This document shows, piece after piece, positions 48,398 to 58,672 of a stretch of 64,000 nucleotides of DNA. Source of the DNA: Eledone cirrhosa (taxonomy: Eukaryota); the NCBI GenBank assembly GCA_964016885.1, contig OZ024741.1:240560001-240624000 (forward strand). Reading direction: 5' to 3'. Every line of letters begins with the position of its first letter. Within the stretch, counting starts at the first letter, position 1. Under the pieces are notes generated by a model. That model was not told the origin of the DNA, searched no databases, and was given only the letters and a program-made list of their open reading frames with translations. A program made the translations under genes and the position numbers.

Positions 48398-48961
48398 AGA
48401 GGTTATATTTAATTTTTTGGAATACAACAAGCATAATCTGCTTTGGTGGCCCTTGAAATATGTATAATGAAATAAATATGGTTTTATAAATATAGTTTCC
48501 ATTTGTTAATATATTGTATATATATATATGTGTATGTATGTATATATATATAAATATATATTTATTTAAGTAAATACAAAGAGACCATTCTATATTTTCA
48601 TATTTTAGTCTATTAAATAATATCTATTACATATATTTCAGAGGCGTGTTGCCCTTCCTGATACTAACCCTTTTTGTTGCTTCTTATGACATGCAACGAT
48701 ACCATGTACCTATATTAGATGTGGATATGCACTCACACACACACACACACACACTCACTCACACACACACACACACTCTCTCTCTCTCTCTCTTACACAC
48801 ACACAAAGATTACATAAGTTCACCACATCATCAGACAGAAGTTAATAATAACGTCCATGATATGGTGAGTAAGTGACAAGAGATGCTGGTTGTTCAAAAA
48901 TTTGGTCATGACAATCAACTAATATAGATTTTAAAACAACTACACACACACATACACATAT

Positions 48962-49127
48962 ATATTCATTTTATTAAGTCCAAATAGTGAGTCTTGTTAC
49001 TCTGGAGTTTCACCTGTTTATCACAAGGTTATCAGACAAGACTTACTATTTAGCCTTAATAAAATGAATATTTAAATGCTACTTTGTTATTGAGTATTTT
49101 TTCTCTCAGCTGTCAACCAGTTATGGA
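48962..49127 (+). mobile_element. PLE-type fold-back mini-element (inverted repeat 48962-49071 plus tail)
   Basis: ~36-bp imperfect arms with AATAAA. The tail has ATTGAGTA. TA-rich flanks. Confidence 0.55.
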
Positions 49128-49482
49128 TATATATATAATGTAGAAAATATGTTAAAGAAGGCTAAGATAATGCGAAAAGGATGGTAAAATGAAGGCAATG
49201 AAAAAGTTTGTTACCTGGTATTTTTTTTTTTTTTTTTTACCCCCTAATATTTCAGGACTTGAAAATCTCTTCCTTAGAGTATGGGGAACTCTGAGAGCAA
49301 AATGCTCTGGTCTTATTTGAAGATTGATTTAAATTTAAAATTTAGAAACCACATTCAAGCTTCTGTGAGAAGCAAGAGGATGATGTCAATTGCCATATGT
49401 ATAATCTAATTGAAGCAAATTTCTTGTGTTAATTGTTGTGATTAGGCTGCATATGTATGCATGTGGGTGTGTCTTTTTTTAT

Positions 49483-49695
49483 GTCAAGTATTATGTGCTG
49501 AGTTCCAATCTGTTGTTGATTAGTGGGTTGAGCCTACGTATAACCAGTGCTTCCTTTATTTTCAAGTTGCCCATATTTCTCTCTGGCTTCAATATTGACT
49601 GTTATGGTTTTTGTTGGTGTTTTTGCATATGTCAATGTGATTTTTGAAGGAGGATGCATGTGTTGAGGTGTTCTTTAATGCACACACATACATTT
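49483..49695 (-). pseudogene. Decayed Penelope-like GIY-YIG endonuclease C-terminal fragment
   Basis: Minus-strand frameshifted translation IKEHLNT-ASSFKNHIDICKN...NIEA...NMGNLKIKEALVIRRLNPLINNRLEL carries the PLE GIY-YIG motifs (R)..EH, H, EA.I and P.LN. Confidence 0.65.
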
Positions 49696-49782
49696 CGAAA
49701 ATAAACTATTGGAGTGTTGAGTAGGTTGTAATTGTTAGGAAATGTAGAAGTCTCAACTGCAGAAAATAAGTGTGTCTACCCA

Positions 49783-49821
49783 GTGATGATCACCAACAGT
49801 GTGAAACAGATCTGTCAGCTT
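49783..49821 (+). ncRNA. Degenerate hammerhead-like motif in an inverted pLTR beside the GIY-YIG fragment
   Basis: GTGATGA-t-CAC-caaca-GTG-t-GAAAC-agatct-GTC. Stem I does not pair and the first core base is mutated. Confidence 0.4.
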
Positions 49822-50003
49822 ATCTCCCTTAGTTTGTTGAAAAAAGAAGTAAGTGACATAGTCACTACTTTAAAATAATAGCGCAAGGTCTTCAAAATGT
49901 TTTTAATTAAGCATACAGTATATTGCCAAATATACTATACATATACTCATGTATACATCGCTATTTCAGAGCACCAATCCTAATTTTATATATATATATA
50001 TAT

Positions 50004-50642
50004 ATATTTATTAAAATAACAGATTAAAGTTTAAGCAAAGAATCGCTGCTTTCACCCTTAACGGGATCTTTTGAAACTAAAAAAGTCAATCTGTGAACGC
50101 AAAAGTAAATATTTCAAAAAACGTTGCAACCGGAGGCAGACAGGAAGATGATACTTTGGTTTGTGGAAACGTTCCCTGACAATGAACGGGAAAAAACGAA
50201 GATAATACATATTATCTTCATTTTTTCCGTTCATTGCCAGAGAACGTCTCCACAAACCACCTAATAGAATATTAGTCTACGACTTCTTTTATACCATAAA
50301 CGTGGTTCTGTCTTTGCGTGTAATTGTTTTTCACCGCTCCAAATAATGAAGTATTATCTTTGTTTTTTTCCGTTCATTTCCAGGGAACGTTTCCATGAAC
50401 CAAAGTATCGTCTTCCTGTCTTCCTCCGATTGCAACGTTTTTTTGAAATATTTACTTCTGCGTTCACAGATTGACTTTTTTAGTTTCAGAAGATCCCGCT
50501 AAGGGTGAAAGCTGCGATTCTTTGCTTAAACTTTAATCTGTTAGTTTAATAAATATTTGGTCTACGGTTCTTATATATTTGATATATATTTATCCTTATC
50601 GAGCCCTCTTTGGATTTTAGTCTTCAAATTTATTATTATTAC
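50004..50642 (+). mobile_element. Complex PLE-type inverted pLTR element
   Basis: Arms 50004-50207 and 50352-50556, with an extra inner inverted copy at 50210-50258. Hammerhead-like CAGAAGA-tCCC-gctaa-GGGt-GAAA at 50487-50510. AATAAA, tail to 50642 and (TA)n flanks. Confidence 0.7.
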
Positions 50643-52346
50643 TATATATATATATATATATGTGGGGTTCTTTCCTGCTCATACCTCACTCGCATCGAGC
50701 GGTCTGCTGTCTCTCTCGCCCATGAAATCCACACAGCTTAAGCTGATCGGACTCCCATGCGCTTGCTTTTTCCTATCTTTGCGTTGCTATCCTTCTATGT
50801 TTGTTTACTTGCCACGCTCGCTTTATGCGATTTTCTTGTCCCAATAGTTTTATTTAGCTATTGCTCGCACCAACTGGAGGTATATGATTTTTAAAGCGAT
50901 GAAATACCAATGAAGGCTGGAAAATCACTGATTAAGGACTATTTTTATCATATGTAGCCCATGTGCAACCACGCAGTATTCATTCTTCTCATGTTTGTTA
51001 TATATATATATATATATAGATACATACAGAGAGAGAGAGAGATCTTTGTGTGTTTATGTATTTGTATAAGTGTGTATGTCTGCATATGCCTTCATGAAGT
51101 AATATTTGTTTATGTTCTGCATAAATAATATGGGTTACAGCTTTGTTGTTCAACTAAAAAAAAATAAAAGTATTAGTTTGGTGTCAATAAGAACACACAG
51201 CTGTTGAATATTACCTCAAATAAGTTTGTGCAGCCCATACCAGCATGGAACAGTGACCATAAACACAAATTATGATAAAGTTGTAGCTGTTGGTGGTGGT
51301 AGTGATGATATGTAGGTATGTTGTTATGTACAGCTCAACCTTGACTATATCAATTTGCTAAGAAGATTATCTTTTCTACTTAGTTCAGTATTTAACATTT
51401 ATCAACGTTCTGTATCTCCATCCATGCCATAGTTGATAATCCAACTTCACTAATCCACAACACCCAGTAATATGTAAAACAGAAAATCTTTGGAAGAAAT
51501 GTCACCGTTCAGCTTTTACACAATAGTAGCGTGGCAATATGTTTGTATGTTTCATCATCATCATCATCATCATCATTATGATGACCATCATCATCCAATA
51601 ATAACACTACCATCACCACCACCACCAGTGCTGTCACTGCTAATGGAATGAGGTAGAATAAAATGCCATCGTTGCCACCATCATCATCCAATAATAACAC
51701 TATCATCACTAACACCATTACTGCAATTAGGCAGACAAAAACACCATCATTGCTGCCATCATCATCATCACTATGACCATCATCATCATAATCTTCATCA
51801 TTCACTTCAATAATAACACCACCACCACCACCACCAACAATTTTTGCCACTGTCAATGGAATTAGGTAGACTAAAACACCATCATCATCATCATCATTCC
51901 CATCAATAACATCATCATCACAGCCACCAACAACAACAACAACAACACCACCACCACCACCACCACCACCACCACCACCAACAACAACAACACCACCACC
52001 ACCACCACCACCACCAACAACAACAACACCAACAACACTACTACCACTGTTACCACTGTCAATTGAGTTAAATGGACAAAACCCATGTGAAAACCTGATG
52101 GACTTTACCTGTAATTCAAAGAGCCAGATTTGTCATACTCCATGACATGCTGAATTTCCATAAGAATTATGTTTAGCATACATAATGAGTCTGTGGAGTG
52201 CTCAGCCATTTCCACAGGAATTTCAGTGGCAGTCTCGTTGATTGAACAATGTAAACAGTCATAACCAAAACTGTTGCAGTTCCTTTCCATTCCACCTATG
52301 TAGAGATACCTCACTATGTTAGTGATACCTCACTATGTCAATACTA

Positions 52347-52600
52347 TGTAGTCACATGTAGAAATAGGTCACTGTTAGTGACACCTCACTATGTTGATAC
52401 TATGTAGAGGTCAGTTGAGGTCACATGCAGAGATAGGTCACTCTTAGGGACACTTTACTACTATGTTGATACATGTAGTCACATGTAGAAATAGGTCACT
52501 GTTAGTGACACCTCACTATGTTGATACTATGTAAAGGTCAGTTGAGGTCACATGCAGAGATAGGTCACTCTTAGGGACACTTTACTACTATGTTGATACT
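52347..52600. repeat. Tandem duplication of ~127 bp built from shorter subrepeats
   Basis: tgtagtcacatgtagaaataggtcac...ctatgttgatac occurs twice. Confidence 0.85.
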
Positions 52601-52789
52601 ATGTAGAGTATGGTGCTATTATTATCGACCTTGAAAGGATGAAAAACAAAGTTGTCCTTAGCAGGATTTGAACTCAGAGCACAGCATTCTATCTGACCTT
52701 CTAATGACTCTGCCTTTTTCCACCTCCTCCACACACATGTATATATATCTGCTGTTTGGTTGTTACAACTTCGATTCATATCCAATATT

Positions 52790-52977
52790 AGTGAATTGGC
52801 AGTATCGGTAGAGGGTCGGACGCCATGCTTTGCAGCATAGAAGTTACGGCCCTTGCTATTCTGAGTTCAAATTCCGCCGAGGTTAACTTTGCCTTTCATC
52901 CTTACGGGGTCGATAAAATAAAGTACCAGTAATGTACTGGTTAATTGCTGGCCTTGTGTCAATAGTAGAAACAATTA
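52790..52977 (+). mobile_element. SINE with Nin/Deu-type core, near full length
   Basis: tggcagtatcggtagag head, GAGTTCAAATTCC B box and ctttcatccttacggggtcgataaaataaagtaccag core. Confidence 0.85.
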
Positions 52978-53629
52978 TATATATATATATATTAACATAT
53001 TAATTTAATTAATTTAATTATGTATTAATTTAATTAGTATTTTTCAATCTAGCTAACTTGGTCATTTGCAATACAAACACTTATATACTTGTATTAGTGT
53101 TTATCATATATTCATTTGTATTACACGGTTCAGAAATATCTCTTTCTTTGAGCTATTTAATTGTAAAAGACTGTTTGAGTTTATAACTCTATATATAATA
53201 TTATATATTAACATATACATTTATGTATGATGTAGAGTACACATATAAAAATAGGCATATATGAGTGACAATTGCAATAAGGAAATATAGTGTCAATATA
53301 GTTCCTTGTTAATGAGTGACAGGTGATAGATAAGGACATGTGTGGTGTGTGAGGTAGTGGTGGTGGTGGTGGTATATAGATAATCTGGCTTAATATTAAT
53401 ATACATCCTGCCACTTTCTCTGCCTGTCTGTAAACACAAAGAAAAGTGATAATATCTTCAATATGGTGGAGGTTGATCACGTCTGGGTGGTGAAATGACA
53501 ATAACAATATTGATTGAACATCTGAGTCAATAATTGGTAGAAAGGAATAGGAGAGGCACTGGGTGTGATAGAGGTGGGGGAGAGATGAGATAGTGATGTG
53601 TTAAATAATGTGTGTGTATGTGTTGATTA

Positions 53630-53666
<37 letters not shown>

Positions 53667-53709
53667 GTGTGTGTGTTGATTATATATATATATGCATATA
53701 TATATATAT

Positions 53710-53905
53710 ATAGGAACGAGTAGGACCCCGACGGCTGAGCTCAAGGCGTTTCGACGGCTAATTCTGAGTCCAGAATTAGCCGTCGAAACGGCTTGAGCTC
53801 AGCCGTTGGGGTCCTACTCGTTCCTATTACCCACTCTACTACCCTAAGTATTGAGTACCTTGGTGCGTTATGGTCCACCTGGTTCCTTACCACATTTCCT
53901 TCATT
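53710..53905 (+). mobile_element. PLE-type fold-back mini-element (inverted repeat 53710-53827 plus tail)
   Basis: ~57-bp GC-rich arms and a 4-nt loop. GAAAC-GGC-tTGAGCTCA-GCC-GTY is a hammerhead stem III with a palindromic loop. Tail ACCCACTCT...ATTGAGTACC. (TA)n flanks. Confidence 0.75.
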
Positions 53906-53924
53906 ATATATATATATATATATA

Positions 53925-54175
53925 TAGTGTAGGTGTCACGACAAAAAAACACACAGTCCACGCTGTAATGTGGTCGTGTAGGCAACACGGTAAAAACCTT
54001 CCAGCCCCACACTGTAAACGTGGTTGGTGTTAGGAAGGGCATCCAGCTGTAGAAAACCCGCCAGACAGTCCTATGCGAGCAATGACACCCACTCTTGCCT
54101 CAAGTGGGAAAACTCCCGTCCAAACCCATGCAAGCGTGGAACATGGACGTTAAACGATGATGATGATGATGATGA

Positions 54176-54180
<5 letters not shown>
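53925..54180 (+). mobile_element. RTE family A 3' UTR-only copy
   Basis: Reverse complement of the 3' UTR at 22984-23345 without its internal duplication. (GAT)n tail and (TA)n flanks. Confidence 0.85.
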
Positions 54181-54220
<40 letters not shown>

Positions 54221-54704
54221 GGTGCATGAGTGTGAATAAGTATATATAGTATATATGTGCATATATATAAAAATATATATACATCATCATCAGCATCATT
54301 GTTTTAACATCCCCTTACCCTACTAGCAAGATATATATATATATACACACACATACACACATTCATATGAATGTATGTATGGAAGTATATGTATGTGTGT
54401 ATATATATATACATATATATAATAAACAAGAAAAAATCATCATCTTTGATAAATGGTGCCCTCTAAAACATAACTGCAATATATCTTTTAATATTTCATC
54501 AAGTTTTTCTACTTAAGGAATTGTATATTATTAAAATGATATGAAAACTGTACAAGTTGCCCATATGATCAGAGTTTCTCATTTATCAAGACTTTGTATT
54601 CAACATACTGTATATTTTTACTGTTTAGTGAGTGAAGGAAGAGCAGTGATCATGACCTTTTTTTCAAGGGCTCCAAAACTTAGGGGAGGAGAAGTGTGAG
54701 ATAA

Positions 54705-55050
54705 GGCTGGATTATGTTCTTTTAAGGCCCTAAGTACTTAAAAGATTATGGTGCCCACCTTATATGAATGAATGGTCCTGTAACATCTGAGGGAGTTATA
54801 GGGGCATCGTATGGATATACAGCATTTCTTAGGCATTTTTAAACCTGTCAGATTACAATAGTCTCCAGGTCTGAATACAACAGATTACTTTCAGAGAATT
54901 AACAGAATGTGAGAGAACCACCATATATAAAATCTGAAAAAAAAAAAAAATTGGGAATGCCCAAATAAAATTAATTTGAACAAAATGGTGCCCCTCTTCC
55001 CTTGGTGTCCTAAGCATCTGCTTATTTTGTTTAATGGTAATCCAATCCTG
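54705..55050. mobile_element. Decayed hAT-like MITE (related copies ~55170-55550 and 57705-57890)
   Basis: Termini ggctggatta... and ...taatccaatcctg. Internal gccctaag and gattatggtgcc motifs are shared among the three copies. Confidence 0.5.
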
Positions 55051-55317
55051 CAATACATCAACAAGATTATACTTGTAATAAGTTCCAATATTACAACAGT
55101 TCAATTTGTGTCCTTGTAGTCTGGCACCACATGAAGGTAAGAACTTTATTAGGTTTAAAAAGGTGATGTTGCCCTAAGATTATGGTGACCGCCCCCTCCT
55201 CCACCCATATATAAAGTTGGCAAAAACAATCTGTTGGTAAATGAGAAATGCATTTAATTTGAATAAAATGGGTCCCATATGCTTTTGATACCCTAAACAT
55301 GCACTTATTTTGCTTAA

Positions 55318-55536
55318 CCCTTTTAGCATTTAAATTGGCTGTATCCAGCTAGAATTCTCTCACCTCTTTCTGTTCAAACTGGCCATAACTGGCCTCTCAT
55401 ACTGATGTTAAGGTATTGTTCTCAAAATAAATAATATCGAAATCTCATAGATTCGATATTGTGAGATAATTATGTGAGATAATCATGTGAGATAAAAATA
55501 CAATAGTAAATATAGAGTAATGTAAATGCTAAAAGG
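55318..55536. mobile_element. piggyBac-like MITE with TTAA TSD
   Basis: TTAA|cccttttagcattta ... taaatgctaaaagg|TTAA. A paralogous empty site gcttattttgtTTAAtggtaatcc lies at 55020-55043. Confidence 0.8.
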
Positions 55537-55898
55537 TTAATGGTTAATCCATGGTGGATAGTATCATCAAACTAGAAACCTGATCTGAATGTTTGCAATG
55601 GAGTGAAGAACACCCTGCGGTCAGGTGCTAGTGTTAAAATGTGTGATGGTTATGTATTTCTTTCCTTTCAATATATATATCATCATTACCATCACCATTT
55701 AACATTCATTTTCTATGCTAGGATGGGTCAGTCGAGCTGTCCCATTGTGAGACAAGCTAGCTCGGATGACTGTATCTTGCTCACACAGAACTATGGTTGG
55801 ATGCCTTTCTAATTCCAACCACATTTATCTCTTTCTCTCTATTTATATATAGGCAGAATTCTAGAGTGATAAAACTCACTATTTAGCCTTCATAATAT

Positions 55899-55954
<56 letters not shown>

Positions 55955-57044
55955 GGGTGTAAGCATGATCGTGTGGTTAAGAAGTTTTCTTTGCAGCCAT
56001 GTGGTTTTGAGTTTAGTCCTGCTGCATGGCATTTTGGGCAAATATCTTCTACCATAGCTGCAGGTAGAAATTGCCAGTGAAATTTAGTAGTTGGAAACTG
56101 TGTGGAAGCCTGCCATATAATAAGTGAATGTATTTAAGTCTACATTACTTAACAACTGATGCTGGTTTTTTTATGTCCTAAATTGTGGTTCAAACAAAAA
56201 AAGAAGTACCAGATTTGTAAATAAGTACTGGGATTGATATAATTAACTAAACTTTTGAATGTGCTGCTCCAGTATAGCCATAATCCAGAAACTGAAGCTA
56301 CTAAAAGAATAAAAGTATAATAGAATGCCTGCCTGGTGCACATTACATGTACATTGCTTTTTTTCTTTCTTTCAAGTCTGAAAATTTCCCTCAAATCACA
56401 CTCTATTATATTAGAAGAAAACAAAAAGAAATAGGACATGTTGGGTAGTTCAGTCCAAGAAACAATGTAGTAGACAAGTCAATGGAATTATTGAAGATGG
56501 AACATCTTTGATCATAAGTCTACAGGATTAGGGTTGACCTTGGGCTACACAACAACAAATAAGAGAAAAATCCCACCTCGTCTATTTCATTGAGAACCCG
56601 ATCATCTTACAAAAGATGAAATAGATAAACAGCAATGTTGTTATAGAAGCTATCTTTATAAATCTCAATAAAACAAGCAGCAGAATGTGAGCATGATCAT
56701 CACTGCGGTCACTAGGGACTCTCTATAGCAACATTTTTCATCCATGTTCTCATATCCATAATACACACACACAAATGCACACATACACACTGAGATGTGC
56801 ATGCACAGATGCACACACACACATGTACAAATACACATGTACACACACACACAGATGAACACACATTCATACACATACACACACACAGATGCACATATGC
56901 ACATATGCACACACACACACACAGACAGATATGTGCACACATATATACTGCAATCATAGATCTCAACAAATTTCTAGCTAGCTGCTAAATGAAAAATAAG
57001 TATGATGATGATGATGTCATTGATGATGATGATAATGATGTCAC

Positions 57045-57079
<35 letters not shown>

Positions 57080-57269
57080 TGGTTGGAGTGGTGGTAGTGA
57101 TGGTGGTGTTGGTGGGGTTGGGGGTGATGGTAAACCCCATAAAGTAGGAATGAGAGGAATAGAATGAAACTACTATTGAGATGGAGATATTTATAACAGA
57201 ATCATTTCATACACAGGTATAAAGCAATAGCTTCATAGTTGTTGTTTATATATTTATTCATTGGTTTGG

Positions 57270-57600
57270 TCAAGAGGAAGGGGCAGTGTCCATGGCTTTT
57301 ACAGATATCTTCAACTTCAGTAATATTAGTGCCATTATTGTTCCTCTTGAACAGATGTAAGTTGAAGCCTGTTGTAAAACATGTGCAGAGATGGAACTCT
57401 TGTGAGTTGACATTCCAAAGAGGAAGAACTGAGCATAATGATTAGAGATATACTGGGTAATGGTGGACACAAAAGCAGGAGAGATGAATGTTGAGAGTAT
57501 CTGAGTAAGGGTAACATAAGACCAATCATCTTCAAAGAGCAAAGACCATTTCAATAACTGTGTCAAAGACAGAGAGAGAGGGGGGGCAACACATCTGTTA
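57270..57600 (-). pseudogene. Decayed CR1/L2-group LINE 3' fragment
   Basis: HYAQFFL..MST...LHLFKRNNN resembles the C-terminal ..SF.P....LWN.LP...L..FK motif of this group. Confidence 0.45.
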
Positions 57601-58672
57601 GCTAGAGGCTGATTAACTTTCTGCTAATGCAGTCCAGGATGTCTGTATGTATAGCAACAACATTGTCTGAAATGTAGGGCAATACTCTATTGTGGGTCTC
57701 ACCCAAGGATGGATTATGCCCTAAGCACTTAAAGGATTATGGTGTCCTCTCCACCCCATTTGTAAAGCCTGTAGATCTTCCCTTTTTTTAGAATGCCAAA
57801 TACATTTAAATTGAATAAAATGGTGTCTCTTTTTCATTGGTGCCCTAAGATTGTGCTTATTTTGTTTAATAGTTAATCAAACTCTTGTCTCACCTGATCT
57901 TTGTAGAAGGGAAATAGGAGTCTATACAACTGGAGATACAGACATTAGTATACTGCATTATTTTATTCTTTTCTTTTACTGGTGTCATATCAACCCTGAT
58001 ATTTCATTCTGATTCAATAATCCATGTTTTTGACATATGATGACTCAGTTTGGCACACATATTTATACAGGTAAACATAAATACATACACATTTACACAA
58101 ACACCCCCTCCCTATCCTGGCTGATTTCGTCACAGTTTCTGTCTATTGATTATCCACACAAGGTATTTGCCAAGGCCAAGATCTGCTAAAGATGTTGCAC
58201 AGTGGCTATAAGTTTATGACCAGTTGAAACTGAGGGTTCAGTAACTGTGATGTTATGACCACCAGATGAACCAGAATTCACCTCACCTGTCTGTTTACAT
58301 AACATAAAAGCATGTCTAACACATGCAAGCATGGAAAATAGACATTAAACAGTGATGATGATGATCTATATACATGTGAGTTTGTGCGTGTGTATATATT
58401 GACAGTTGATCGACAAGATCCCAGACCTCATTCACTTAACAAGTGGAGTGGAGCTTGTCAAATTGGACTGAGAAAACATTGTTTCCATTGGTCTTTCCAA
58501 CTGCTAATACTATCCGTTGGTCACAAATCCATGCAGAAGGAGCAACGTGAAATAAAGTGTCTTGCTGTAGGACATAACGCATCACTTGTATGGAAAAGCA
58601 GACATAAAAATGATGTTGAGGATACATTGTATTCCATGTTTTCTATTGAAAAACATAGTTTGTAAAACAGCA

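Noticed and set aside
50660-50985. GC-richer island with a possible Helitron 3' hairpin
   Set aside because: No CTAG terminus or TC start found. Left unclassified.
51509-52086. Hydrophobic poly-V/L/M/D ORFs resembling membrane proteins
   Set aside because: Translations of (CAC)/(CAA)/(CAT) trinucleotide tracts.
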